Assembly (NCBI GenBank): GCA_965222375.1
Contig: CBDCTZ010000013.1
Coordinates: 769,207 to 833,206, forward strand
Reading direction: 5' to 3'
Origin: Polyangiaceae bacterium
Lineage (GTDB): Bacteria; Myxococcota_A; Polyangia; Polyangiales; Polyangiaceae
DNA length: 64,000 nucleotides
A model generated the notes under the pieces. It did no database searches. It had not been told where the DNA came from and saw nothing but the letters and a program-made list of their open reading frames with translations. Shown piece by piece: positions 46,906-57,038 of the stretch; position 1 is the first letter of the stretch, and each line of letters opens with the position of its first letter. The position numbers and the translations under genes were made by a program.

Positions 46906-47800
46906 AGTCGGCCCGCTCTTCCAATTCATCGATGGTCTTGGGCCAGTCCCCTCCCAGGAGCTTCGACAAGCTGCGATCCGCGAGCATCTTCCCGCCCGTT
47001 TGACAGCGCGGACAGTAGTTCAGTTCGTTGTCGGCGAAGCGCACACGCTGGACATTGGTTTGACAACGCGGGCAAGGTTTCCCAAAGCGCCCGTGCACGG
47101 CCATTTCATCGTGGAATGCCGTCACCTTGTCGGGAAAACCCTCACCGACTTGCTTCCGCAAGCGTTTCGTCCAATCGCGCAGGGTGGTCTTCGTGGCCTT
47201 ATGTAGTCGGCTCAACTCTTCCTTGCCCAGAGATTGCGTGCGTTTCGTGGGAGAGAGTTTCGCCAGCCAGAGGATCTCATCCGAGTAAGCATTCCCGACG
47301 CCGCTCACGATTCTAGGGTCCGTGAGCGCCCGCTTCAGGGTGCGATTTTCCCGAGTCAGCGCCGCCCTGAAAGCCGCCACCGTGGCCTCGAGAGCTTCCA
47401 CTCCACCGCGTTCGAAGGGTTCCAGGGCCGCCTCGCCCTCGACCACGAATAGGCTGGCCCGCTTGCGACTACTCGCCTCCGTCAACAGGAGGCTGTGCGA
47501 CTCGAAATCGAAAGCGGCGAGCCCGACCTTGCGCGGAACGACCACCTTCAAGGGTTTCATGCGCAGACGCCCGGAGATCATCAAGTGCAACACCAGGAAC
47601 AGGTCACCTTCCAACTCGAAGACGATTCGCTTGCCCATCCGGCGCGCCCCAAGCAGTTTGTTCCCCTCCGCCGCCGCCAAGGGCGGCGACACACTGCGCA
47701 GCAAGAAAGGGCTCTGAAGTCGGACCCGCTCCAGGCGCTCCTCCGCGAAGAGCGCGGTGATGCGTTCGCAATAGATGTCGACGTCCGGCTGCTCGGGCAT
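46895..47800 (-). CDS. Fpg/Nei family DNA glycosylase/AP lyase
   Basis: N-terminal MPE, RMGK, HLMISG, GVGNAYSDEIL (H2TH), CPRC...CPRC zinc finger. Confidence 0.92.
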   Translation of the reverse strand: MPEQPDVDIYCERITALFAEERLERVRLQSPFLLRSVSPPLAAAEGNKLLGARRMGKRIVFELEGDLFLVLHLMISGRLRMKPLKVVVPRKVGLAAFDFESHSLLLTEASSRKRASLFVVEGEAALEPFERGGVEALEATVAAFRAALTRENRTLKRALTDPRIVSGVGNAYSDEILWLAKLSPTKRTQSLGKEELSRLHKATKTTLRDWTKRLRKQVGEGFPDKVTAFHDEMAVHGRFGKPCPRCQTNVQRVRFADNELNYCPRCQTGGKMLADRSLSKLLGGDWPKTIDELEERADFKR

Positions 47801-48315
47801 CAGCCGTCCACTCGCCGCCGCACACGCTCCACCACGGCCTCCACGGCGGCCATGTCGTGGCCACCGCGCGCGACGGCATCGGCATGTTCCGGAACGTCGA
47901 AGGGAGCGTCGGCTCCGGGCACCCCCTGGACGCGTCCCTCGCGAACAGCGCGGTACAGCCCCTTGGCATCCCGGGCCTCCACCTCCTGCTGCGAAACGTC
48001 CACGAAGACCTCGAAAAAGTCCGGCGCCAGCCGTTTGGCCCGGCGTCGATACTCCGCCCGTGACGCCGTGGCAGGCACGATAACGATCTGTCCCTGAGCG
48101 GCGATCAGCGCCGCCAAGTTCGCCAGGGTCTCGTAGAACGCATCTCGGGCCTCTGGGTCATAGCCAGGCGCTGGTCGCAAAGCCGCGCGCACCTCATCAC
48201 CATCCAGCACACAGGCGCAGATACCCTGCTCATTCAACAGCTTGAAAGCAGCCTTCGCGAAGGTCGACTTACCCGAGGATGGTCTTCCGACAATCCACAG
48301 CACGACCCCGCTCAC
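47800..48315 (-). CDS. Adenylyl-sulfate kinase-like P-loop kinase
   Basis: WIVGRPSSGKST, LDGDEVR, RDAKGLY, PGADAPFDVP. Confidence 0.85.
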   Translation of the reverse strand: MSGVVLWIVGRPSSGKSTFAKAAFKLLNEQGICACVLDGDEVRAALRPAPGYDPEARDAFYETLANLAALIAAQGQIVIVPATASRAEYRRRAKRLAPDFFEVFVDVSQQEVEARDAKGLYRAVREGRVQGVPGADAPFDVPEHADAVARGGHDMAAVEAVVERVRRRVDG

Positions 48316-49424
48316 CCGAACACCTCATCCGCCATCACCGGGTGAAAGCGGTCTCTGGCAAGCACGGCCTCGATCAGACTGAGCATTCGGTCCCGTGCCC
48401 GGCCGCTGACGGCAGGGTACCAAACGGGATTGCAGATCACGAGCCCGCGCCAGGCGAAGAAGGGTGCGCATACGTCGAAGAGCTCAGCATCCTGAGTGAG
48501 TTCCAAGTACAGCTCGAAGAAGCGATGAAACAGAACGCGAAATGCCGGCCGCCAAGCTTCGGGACGCTCGACGGCAAAGAAGATGTAGTTGATGGCGAGG
48601 CAAGTGACGTCGTCTGCAGGGTCCCCCATCGAGCCTCTGCTGCTGTCCAGCAGCGCCAGCCCGTCTTCATCGCTGAACAGGATGTTGAACGGGTGAAAGT
48701 CCCCGTGAGAGCGCGCCATTCGGTGGTGCCGGTCTTTCAGCGCCCAGCGCCAGCCATCGCACAACGCCTCGATCTGCTGCATGCGCCTCGGCGGAGCGCA
48801 CTCGACGGACGCGTCGTAGGCATCAATCAGCCCGAAAATGCCCTCGCCGCTACCCACCAGATCACGAATCGAGCGCGTGTAGCGCAGGGGATTGTCGATC
48901 TTCTGCGAGTGAATCTCAGCCAGAGCCCGCGCCAGAGTTTCCGCGTGCGCCAAATCGTCCGGCCCCAGGCCACCGCGCTGAGCGATGCGGCGTAGCTCAT
49001 CGGCGTAGACGTGGCCGGGCGCGTAGGCGGTGATCAAGTAGAACTCGCGAGCGTCTGAGAGCGAGTGGAGCGTCTTGCCGTCGCTGCCGATGGCCCCAAC
49101 ATCGAGCGCAGCGACGTGATGCGGGATCTGCGCGAAGCGATCGAAGGAAAGCAACATCTCAGCCGCCCTGTCAGCGCGCCGGTCGTGGCCGAACGCGTCA
49201 GGCTTCGCGGTGTGGAAAACGAGCGTGTCTTGCTCGCCGTTTTCGAGGCGGACCTCCAAGCGCAAGGGAACGCCGTATCCGGTACCCTTGGAGGTCGGGC
49301 CATCTTGGGCCTCCGCGTCATCGATGCCAAAAGGCCACACGCGCTCGAGGGTTGCTCCCGGGCGGATACGGGCAACGATGGCTTCAAGTGCCGGGGTGAT
49401 ATCGCGCTGAAACGCCTGCACCAC
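48312..49424 (-). CDS. Aminoglycoside phosphotransferase (APH)-like kinase
   Basis: HGDFHPFNILF, LLD, GDPADD; start GTG 49424 estimated from an upstream TGC-CACCTT box. Confidence 0.82.
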   Translation of the reverse strand: MVQAFQRDITPALEAIVARIRPGATLERVWPFGIDDAEAQDGPTSKGTGYGVPLRLEVRLENGEQDTLVFHTAKPDAFGHDRRADRAAEMLLSFDRFAQIPHHVAALDVGAIGSDGKTLHSLSDAREFYLITAYAPGHVYADELRRIAQRGGLGPDDLAHAETLARALAEIHSQKIDNPLRYTRSIRDLVGSGEGIFGLIDAYDASVECAPPRRMQQIEALCDGWRWALKDRHHRMARSHGDFHPFNILFSDEDGLALLDSSRGSMGDPADDVTCLAINYIFFAVERPEAWRPAFRVLFHRFFELYLELTQDAELFDVCAPFFAWRGLVICNPVWYPAVSGRARDRMLSLIEAVLARDRFHPVMADEVFG

Positions 49425-49555
49425 GCCGAGGAAGGTGGCAAAGGGGCCCGCCGAGCGCAAGGGGGTGCAGGTCCAACCCGTGAGCCTCCCGGTTCCAGGT
49501 TGTTTCCGGTCGAATCGGCACCGGCCCTCAGACTGGGCGTGACTAAGCTCTCGCC

Positions 49556-50215
49556 ATGAACGCTCAATCAACGCCGCTGCGAGTGTTGCGCAGCAGGTTC
49601 GCCCCCCTGCTGTTCGCACTCGTGGTCGCCCTTGTGTCTGATCCGCCCGCCGACGCGCATGTCGGCGGAGTGTCGGTCCGCGTATTGGTGCTCTTGGCCG
49701 GGCTCTTCGCTGTGAGTCGGAGGCGCAACACGCTCATGATTGGCGCAGCGCTGATTCTACCCGCTATTGGCTTGATGGCCTTCGCCGAAGCCCAGCCTGG
49801 CAAGCTCGTTGCAGCGCTATCCCTATCCAGTGCGATGCTGTTTCTGGGCTACGTCGCGTGGACGGCGCTGACTGCTATTCTCAGCGCAAACGAGGTGAAT
49901 CGCGACGTCATCGCCGGGGGTATTGCGGTCTACCTCGTAGCTGGCTTTCTGGCGGGCCTCGCTTTCTCCCTGTTGGAGCTCCTTCAGCCCGGCTCCTTTT
50001 CTACGAGTAGCGCAAACGAATCGATCGACTTCACCTACTACAGCTTCGTCACGCTCACGACTCTCGGCTACGGGGACATCGTGCCAACCAGTGCACTGGC
50101 ACGTCGATTGGGCATCATCGAAGCACTCATAGGGCAAATCTATCTTGCCGTATTCATAGGTCGGTTGGTGGGTGTGTACCGTGGACAGCAACCGGCGAAG
50201 CGCGCCAAAAGCTGA
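49556..50215 (+). CDS. Potassium channel family (Ion_trans_2) protein
   Basis: YYSFVTLTTLGYGDIVP selectivity filter; multiple TMs. Confidence 0.9.
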   Translation: MNAQSTPLRVLRSRFAPLLFALVVALVSDPPADAHVGGVSVRVLVLLAGLFAVSRRRNTLMIGAALILPAIGLMAFAEAQPGKLVAALSLSSAMLFLGYVAWTALTAILSANEVNRDVIAGGIAVYLVAGFLAGLAFSLLELLQPGSFSTSSANESIDFTYYSFVTLTTLGYGDIVPTSALARRLGIIEALIGQIYLAVFIGRLVGVYRGQQPAKRAKS

Positions 50216-50295
50216 ATCCAACCGGCCCAACTCTCGACATCACTGGCAACCTCAGTTAGGCAAACGCTGAGCCTCACACCCACGGTAGGAGAACG

Positions 50296-52734
50296 ATGGT
50301 CTCGCAACGATTACAACTTGTTCGCTGGTGGCTGCCTCTACTCCTCTCGCTCGTCGCGACCCTGATCACCACCGTCGCTGCCGCTCAACCCGACAAGCCC
50401 ACCGCGGCAGCCGCCAAAACCACTCGGGTGGGAATCGTCTACGACGGCCCCTCGGAGTTCCTGCAACGCGCTCAGCGCGTCATCGAGGCGGAGGTGAAAG
50501 AGCTGACCCGAGGCGAGTTCAACGTCAGCTTTCCCGCGGATAAGCGCTTGACCGGCGATTGGAAACGCCAAACTGCGAAATCCCATCTCGACACGTTGAT
50601 GAGCGACGCCGACGTCGACATGGTATTCGTTTTCGGCCTGGCGAGTGCAGATGCAGCGGCCCGCCACTCGGGGTTGAAGAAGCCGACCATTGCGCCCTTC
50701 ATGTTGAACGAGCGCTTTCACGGTCTGATCAAGGCGGACGGCAGCACCACGCCGCGCACCAACCTGAGCTACGTCGTTTGGAAGCTCGATTTCGAACGCG
50801 ACCTCAAGCTCCTTCAAGAGCTGGGACCGTTCCAGAAGATAGCCTTCTTGAGCAGCACCGGCGAGCCTCTTCCCGGGGTGCGGCAGACGCTGATCGCTCA
50901 ATTCAAGAAAGCCGGTGCCACGCCGGTGTTCGTGCCCACCAAGGAGGATGCGGACGCCACCGTTCGAGCCATCCCCGCCGACGTTCAAGCCGTCTACGTT
51001 GGCCCCCTCATGCGCATGCCGAAAACCTACGCTGCCGCCCTGGCCAAAGCTCTCGTCGCGAAGCGTCTGCCAAGCTTCGCGTGGCGCGGGCGTGAGGACG
51101 TGCAGCGAGGCTTGCTCTTGGGCTTGGCCGCGCCGAGTGACCTGTCACGACTGGCGCGCCGGGTGGCACTCAACGTCCAGAGCCTTTTGCTGAAGGAACC
51201 TACTTCGAGCCAGAGCAAGGCGTTTCAAACCACCGAGCGGTTGGTCATCAACATGGCGACGGCACGCCAGATCGGTGTCTATCCGAACTGGACCTTGATC
51301 ACCGAAGCGGAGCTATTGAACCACAAGCGAGGCAAGGTGACGCGGAAGCTCAGTCTCAAGCGAGCCGTACGCGAGGCCACCAAGTCCAACCTCGACTTGG
51401 CCATCGCCCGTATCAAACTCCGAGCATCGAAGTCCGACGTGCGAGCAGCGCGCGCAGGCCTTTTCCCGCAGCTCGAGGTAGGCGCGCGAGGGGTTTGGAT
51501 CGACAAGGACCGCGCCGGGGCATCTGCGGCGGAACGCACGCTGTCTTGGTCCGCAACACTGAATCAGTCGCTCTACAACGAGAAGCTGTACGCCAACCTG
51601 AAAGTCCGCAAACTTGCCGTCAAGTCCGTGGCCCACGAACGCGACGCCGTGCGGCTCGATGTCGTGCGGGACGTGGCCGTCGCCTACCTGAACCTGCTCA
51701 AGGCTCAGAACGCCGAGCGCATTCAGCGCAACAACCTCAACCTTTCTCGTTCGAACCTCGCGCTCGCCCGCAAGCGAAAACTGATCGGCAGCGGTAGCGC
51801 GGCGGAAGTCTTTCGTTGGGAGTCCCAGATCGCCAACGATCGAAGAGCGCTAATCAGCTCGGCCTCCCAGCGCAACCTGGCGGAAATGGAAGTCAACCGG
51901 CTGCTGAATCGCCCCCTGGAAGAACCTTTTTTGACCCGGGAATCGTCGATGGCGGCCACGGCAATGCTGCAGAGCGAGAAGCGGATTGCCCACTACGTCA
52001 ACAACCCATTTCGCTTCCGCGTCTTGCGTGACTTCTTCGAGAAGGAGGCAACGCGGATCGCACCGGAGCTCAAAGCCACACGCCTGGCGATCGCCGCCAA
52101 GCAGAGGGAGCTCAAATCCAATCGTAGCTCGTACTTCCTTCCTAATTTCTCGCTGCAAGCATCGTTGACTCACCGCTTCTTGAAGGATGGCGAAGGGAGC
52201 GAACAAGCTTCGGTGCCGCCCCAGTTTCAAGGTGTGTTCAGTAGCCCGGACAATCTGGATTGGCAGGTGGCCGCGGTTGCACAGCTTCCGTTATTCGAGG
52301 GCGGCGCGCGCTACGCCCGGACGCGCAAGGCCGAGGCCGAGTTGCTCCAACTCACTCTCGAAACGAAGAACCGCACCCAGCTCATTCGCCAACGCATCCG
52401 AGTCGCTCTACACCGCGCCGGCGCATCCTACCCCGGTGTTCGGTTGACCCAAGACGCGGCCAAGGCGGCGCAAGGCAACCTGAAGTTGATCACGGAGGCC
52501 TACTCTGCGGGCACGACCACGATCTTGACTTTGCTGGATGCACAGAACCAAACCCTGGCGGCCGATCTCGCCGCATCGAACGCCGTATACGACTTCCTAG
52601 CGGATGTGGTGGAGGTCCGGCGGGCCATCGGCGTACTGTCGCCGGACGCGAAGGGTGGCAACGCATTCTTCCAACGCCTGGACACCTACCTGGCAAGTCG
52701 TCAGCAGCAAGACAACGCAAGAGGGACTCGATGA
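50296..52734 (+). CDS. TolC-family outer-membrane efflux protein with N-terminal substrate-binding-like domain
   Basis: C-terminal half TolC-like (LSLKRAV..A..SNLDL, LPLFEGG, YSAG...LLDAQ); N-terminal ~330 aa periplasmic-binding-like (LVINMATARQIG). Confidence 0.85.
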   Translation: MVSQRLQLVRWWLPLLLSLVATLITTVAAAQPDKPTAAAAKTTRVGIVYDGPSEFLQRAQRVIEAEVKELTRGEFNVSFPADKRLTGDWKRQTAKSHLDTLMSDADVDMVFVFGLASADAAARHSGLKKPTIAPFMLNERFHGLIKADGSTTPRTNLSYVVWKLDFERDLKLLQELGPFQKIAFLSSTGEPLPGVRQTLIAQFKKAGATPVFVPTKEDADATVRAIPADVQAVYVGPLMRMPKTYAAALAKALVAKRLPSFAWRGREDVQRGLLLGLAAPSDLSRLARRVALNVQSLLLKEPTSSQSKAFQTTERLVINMATARQIGVYPNWTLITEAELLNHKRGKVTRKLSLKRAVREATKSNLDLAIARIKLRASKSDVRAARAGLFPQLEVGARGVWIDKDRAGASAAERTLSWSATLNQSLYNEKLYANLKVRKLAVKSVAHERDAVRLDVVRDVAVAYLNLLKAQNAERIQRNNLNLSRSNLALARKRKLIGSGSAAEVFRWESQIANDRRALISSASQRNLAEMEVNRLLNRPLEEPFLTRESSMAATAMLQSEKRIAHYVNNPFRFRVLRDFFEKEATRIAPELKATRLAIAAKQRELKSNRSSYFLPNFSLQASLTHRFLKDGEGSEQASVPPQFQGVFSSPDNLDWQVAAVAQLPLFEGGARYARTRKAEAELLQLTLETKNRTQLIRQRIRVALHRAGASYPGVRLTQDAAKAAQGNLKLITEAYSAGTTTILTLLDAQNQTLAADLAASNAVYDFLADVVEVRRAIGVLSPDAKGGNAFFQRLDTYLASRQQQDNARGTR

Positions 52735-53921
52735 TCGGAAAACGCGACCTGCGCCCGTGGCTTCGTTCCGCCTGGCCGCTTTTTCTGGCCGCGTCCTTGT
52801 TCGGTGCAAGCTGTAGTAAGAAGACAGAAGAAGCAGCCGCCGAGGAGGTGATTCGTCCTGTTCGCTACGAGGTCGTCGTCGCCAGGGGCGGTCAGCAGAC
52901 TCAAACCCTCGCTGGCGTGGCCCAGGCGGGTTCCAAGAAGAACCTGTCCTTCAAAGCTGCCGGTACCGTGAAGGACCTCAAGGTCAAAGTCGGCGACAAG
53001 GTGAAGAAGAACCGCACCATCGCAAGTCTGGATAGCGGTCAAGCTTCGCTGCAGGTGCAAGAAGCCAAGGCCAGCGTCGAGCAGTCCAAGGCCCAGCTCC
53101 GCAATGCCAAGTCCAACTACGAGCGAGTACGGCGCCTGTATGAGGCGAACTCGGCTTCCCGCCAAGAGCTGGATACCGCGCGCACCAACCGCGACTCGGC
53201 CCAGGCCGGTTTGAAGGCTGCGCAGAAGCGGGTACAGCTGCTCCAGTCCCAAGCGGGGGACCGCACGCTCAAGCCGAGAATCGACGGTGTGGTTGCGAAG
53301 GTCCTGGTCGAGGAAGGCGAAAACGTCAGCGCCGGACAGCCTGTTCTGATCGTCAACGCCAAGGCGAAAGCCGAAGTGGAAGTCGCCGTGCCGGAAAGAT
53401 GGATCGGTGCCATCGAACGCGGGGCCAGCGCCGAGGTGCGCTTCGATGCGATCGCGGGCGAGACTTTCCCAGGGACCGTTAGCGAAGTCGGGATTTCCGC
53501 AGATGATCAAGCCGCGACTTTTCCAGTGACCATTACCTTGGCCAAAGAAGACAAGCGGATCCGATCCGGACTCGCGGCGAAGGTCACCCTCAGCTTTGGC
53601 AAGTCTGGAGAAGCGCCAACGCTACGGGTGCCGCCGAAGGCCGTCGGAGAGGATCTCCAAGGTCGCTTCGTGTTCATCGCCGTTCCAAAAGAGAAGGGCT
53701 TTGCACAGGTCGAGCGGCGCAAGGCCGTGGTTGGAGAGATCGGGAACAGCGGCCTCGAGATCAAGTCCGGAGTCAAAGCCGGCGAGTTCATCGTCACCGC
53801 GGGCCTGCGTTTCCTCAAAGACGGCCAGCGGGTGCGATTGCAGCCTCTGAAAGCGCCAGCAGCGAGCAACGCGCCGCCCATACCTAGCGCGTCCGCCGCC
53901 CCATCCGGATCCGTCAAGTAG
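52731..53921 (+). CDS. RND efflux periplasmic adaptor (MFP) lipoprotein
   Basis: GASC lipobox, LSFKAAGTV..LKVKVGD, coiled-coil hairpin, VPPKAV, IVTAG. Confidence 0.92.
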   Translation: MIGKRDLRPWLRSAWPLFLAASLFGASCSKKTEEAAAEEVIRPVRYEVVVARGGQQTQTLAGVAQAGSKKNLSFKAAGTVKDLKVKVGDKVKKNRTIASLDSGQASLQVQEAKASVEQSKAQLRNAKSNYERVRRLYEANSASRQELDTARTNRDSAQAGLKAAQKRVQLLQSQAGDRTLKPRIDGVVAKVLVEEGENVSAGQPVLIVNAKAKAEVEVAVPERWIGAIERGASAEVRFDAIAGETFPGTVSEVGISADDQAATFPVTITLAKEDKRIRSGLAAKVTLSFGKSGEAPTLRVPPKAVGEDLQGRFVFIAVPKEKGFAQVERRKAVVGEIGNSGLEIKSGVKAGEFIVTAGLRFLKDGQRVRLQPLKAPAASNAPPIPSASAAPSGSVK

Positions 53922-53932
53922 GCGGGAGCGTC

Positions 53933-56900
53933 ATGAACATCACGCGACTAGCGATCGACAAGAGCAGGATCACTTTTGTGATGCTGGTTTGCGTCCTCCT
54001 CGGCGGCGTTCAAGCGTACTTCAGTCTGTCCCGGGCCGAGGATCCGGGGTTCCCGATCCGCGCAGCAACCGTAGTGACGCGATTTCCCGGTGCCAGCCCG
54101 GCGCGAGTCGAGTTGCTGGTTTCGGACAAGCTCGAAAAGAAGATCCAGGAAATCCCCGAGCTCAAGGACGTCACCAGCAAGAATCAGCCCGGCCTGTCGG
54201 TAGTCACCGCCAACTTCAAGGACTCGGTTGCGAAGAAGGATCTGCAGAAGGTCTTCGACAAGCTGAGACGGAAGGTGGAGGCCGTCCAAGGAGATTTGCC
54301 AGAGGGCACCCAGACCCCAGTCGTCAACGACGAGTTCGGCGACGTTTTCGGCACGGTGATCAGTGTCACCGGCGATGGCTACGACTATCGCGAAATCAAG
54401 GAAGTCGCCGATGAGGTCCGCGACGAGCTATTGCGCATCGATGACGTTGCCAAAGTAGACATCTACGGAGCCCAAGAAGAGCGCGTCTTCATCGAGTTCG
54501 ACAATGAGAGGTTGTCGGAGCTCGGTCTCTCACCGAGCCAGATGCAGTCCATTCTTCAGGGCCAGAATATCCTCATCGCTGGTGGGCGCGTGCGGGCCGG
54601 CGACGAGCGCTACTCCCTGGAGCCGAGCGGCAATTTCGAGTCCGTCAAGGACATCGAAGAAACGCTGATCCAGCTCCCGAACAGGAACGTACTGCCATTG
54701 AAAGAAGTGGCGCGAGTCCAGCGCAGCTACGTCGATCCGCCGTCCAAGTTCTACCACCATTCGGGCACGCAGGGACTGGCCTTGGCGGTTGCCATGCGCG
54801 AGGGCGGCAACCTCGTGGACCTCGGCGCGGCGGTGAAGAAGCGACTCGAAGAAGTCGAACGGAACTACCCCATTGGCGTCAGCTTCGATATTGTCATCTT
54901 TCAACCTGGCGACGTGGAGACCAAGGTCGACGACTTCGTCTCGAACCTGCTGCAGGCCATTGGCGTGGTGCTCTTGGCGATGCTGCTCTTCTTAGGCCTC
55001 AGAACGGGCCTGGTCGTTTCCACTCTGATCCCCATGGCAATGGCATCGGCGCTGTTCGTCATGTCCATCTTCGACGTAGGGCTGGACCAGATATCGTTGG
55101 CAGCATTGATCATCGCCCTCGGGATGCTGGTCGACAACGCTGTCGTGGTCGCCGAATCGACTCTGGTACAGATGGGCGAAGGCAAATCCGCTTCCGATGC
55201 CGCGGTGGGTTCCGCCGTGGAGCTGGCAGTGCCGCTGCTGATCGCATCACTGACGACCTCGGCGGCGTTCCTGCCGATCTACCTCGCGGAATCTACCGTG
55301 GGCGAGTACACGGCACCCCTGTTCAAGGTGGTCACGATCACGCTGCTCTGTTCGTGGGTTCTGTCCATCACCGTCATCCCGTTATTTTGCGCAAAGCTAT
55401 TGAAGGCCCCCAAGGTGGCTAGCGAGGGAACCTACAACACGCGCTTCTATCGGCTGTATCGGGGCGGACTGCTGACCGTACTCCGACATCGAATCGTGAC
55501 TTTGGCGGTCGTCGCCGCTACGTTTTTCGCTGCGATTCAGGGCTTGGGGTACGTCCGCAAACTCTTCTTCCCGGCGTCAGACAATCCATCCTTCACCGTC
55601 GAGCTCGAGCTACCCACGGGCACGGCCATCGAGCACACTCGGCAAGTCACCTCGAAGCTGGAGGGCTTCTTCAGTCGCGAGCTCTTGGTCAATGGCCAAC
55701 GCAAGAGTGGGCTCAAGCACTGGGCCACGTTCATCGGAGAAGGCGGGCCGCGCTTCTACCTCGGCTACTCGGGCCCGGAATCGGCCCCAGAATTCAGCGT
55801 CATGATCGTAACCGCCACGGACTTCAACGCGGCATCCGCGGCGATGCCCAAGGTGCGCAAGTTCGTGGCGGACAACTTTCCAGATACCGTGGCAACGGTG
55901 CGACTGAGGGCGGCAGGTGCCCCCGCAACGGCGCCGGTGGTCTACAAGATCCAAGCTCGGACGGAGCAGGGCCTGTACGCTCACGCCCAAGAGGTCAAGG
56001 ACAAGCTCGCCGAGACCCCCGGCGTGACGAACATCCGTGACAATTGGGGGCAGCGGATCAAAAAGCTGATCGTGCAGATCGATCCGGCGCGGGTTCGCCG
56101 CTCTGGGCTATCCAACCGCGATGTGGCCACCTCCTTGAAGACATCCCTGAGCGGCATCACGGTGACCGACTACCGCGAGGGCGACGACAGCATTCCCGTC
56201 GTGCTCCGTGCCAAGGTGGCCGACCGGGATGACCTCGGCAAGCTCGATACCCTCAAAGTCTATGCGGCTCAAAGCAACCGCTCGGTGCCCCTCAAGCAGG
56301 TAGCCGACGTCGACATCGTGTGGGAACCCGCCAAGATCCTACGCCGGGATCGCCTGAAAACCATGGAGGTCCGGGCGGACGTGGAGGGCGATACCACCGC
56401 CGCGGAGGTGAACGCGCAGGTTGTGCCCTGGCTCGATGGCAGAGCGAAGGAATGGGGACCCAGTATGCGCTGGGAGCTCGGTGGCGATGGCAAAGGCAGC
56501 GCCGACGCCAACCAAGCCATCGCCGACAAACTGCCTATCGCAGCCCTCGTCATCATCTTACTCCTGGTGATGCAATTCAACTCCATCCGTCGACCCTTCA
56601 TCGTACTGATGGCGATCCCACTGTCCCTCATCGGTGTCACCGTGGGGCTATTGATTGCCGATTCCTACATCGGCTTCATGACCACCCTGGGGATCATCTC
56701 CCTCGCCGGGATCGTGATCAACAACGCCATCGTCTTGATCGATCGCATCAAGATCGAGATCGAAGAAAACGGTCACCCGCCCGCGCGAGCGATCATCGAG
56801 TCCGCTCAGCGCCGCCTTCGCCCCATCCTGCTCACTACTTTCACCACTGTGCTCGGGCTGATCCCATTGTGGTACGGCGGTGGACCCATGTGGGAACCCA

Positions 56901-57013
56901 TGGCCATCAGCATCATCTTCGGTCTGCTGTTCTCGACGGTACTGACCCTCGGTGTCGTTCCCGTGCTCTACTCCATCTTCTTCCGAGTCAAGTTCAGCAA
57001 GGCTGAGCCATAA
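53933..57013 (+). CDS. RND efflux permease (AcrB/AcrF family)
   Basis: 1026 aa; FPGASP..VE..V, GMLVDNAVVV, GIVINNAIVL, RLRPILLT. Confidence 0.95.
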   Translation: MNITRLAIDKSRITFVMLVCVLLGGVQAYFSLSRAEDPGFPIRAATVVTRFPGASPARVELLVSDKLEKKIQEIPELKDVTSKNQPGLSVVTANFKDSVAKKDLQKVFDKLRRKVEAVQGDLPEGTQTPVVNDEFGDVFGTVISVTGDGYDYREIKEVADEVRDELLRIDDVAKVDIYGAQEERVFIEFDNERLSELGLSPSQMQSILQGQNILIAGGRVRAGDERYSLEPSGNFESVKDIEETLIQLPNRNVLPLKEVARVQRSYVDPPSKFYHHSGTQGLALAVAMREGGNLVDLGAAVKKRLEEVERNYPIGVSFDIVIFQPGDVETKVDDFVSNLLQAIGVVLLAMLLFLGLRTGLVVSTLIPMAMASALFVMSIFDVGLDQISLAALIIALGMLVDNAVVVAESTLVQMGEGKSASDAAVGSAVELAVPLLIASLTTSAAFLPIYLAESTVGEYTAPLFKVVTITLLCSWVLSITVIPLFCAKLLKAPKVASEGTYNTRFYRLYRGGLLTVLRHRIVTLAVVAATFFAAIQGLGYVRKLFFPASDNPSFTVELELPTGTAIEHTRQVTSKLEGFFSRELLVNGQRKSGLKHWATFIGEGGPRFYLGYSGPESAPEFSVMIVTATDFNAASAAMPKVRKFVADNFPDTVATVRLRAAGAPATAPVVYKIQARTEQGLYAHAQEVKDKLAETPGVTNIRDNWGQRIKKLIVQIDPARVRRSGLSNRDVATSLKTSLSGITVTDYREGDDSIPVVLRAKVADRDDLGKLDTLKVYAAQSNRSVPLKQVADVDIVWEPAKILRRDRLKTMEVRADVEGDTTAAEVNAQVVPWLDGRAKEWGPSMRWELGGDGKGSADANQAIADKLPIAALVIILLLVMQFNSIRRPFIVLMAIPLSLIGVTVGLLIADSYIGFMTTLGIISLAGIVINNAIVLIDRIKIEIEENGHPPARAIIESAQRRLRPILLTTFTTVLGLIPLWYGGGPMWEPMAISIIFGLLFSTVLTLGVVPVLYSIFFRVKFSKAEP

Positions 57014-57038
57014 TCAGCTGCGCTCTCCGCATCGCGAC

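Noticed and set aside
47800..48315. Gene symbol cysC
   Set aside because: No sulfate-assimilation context, so the substrate cannot be assigned from motifs alone
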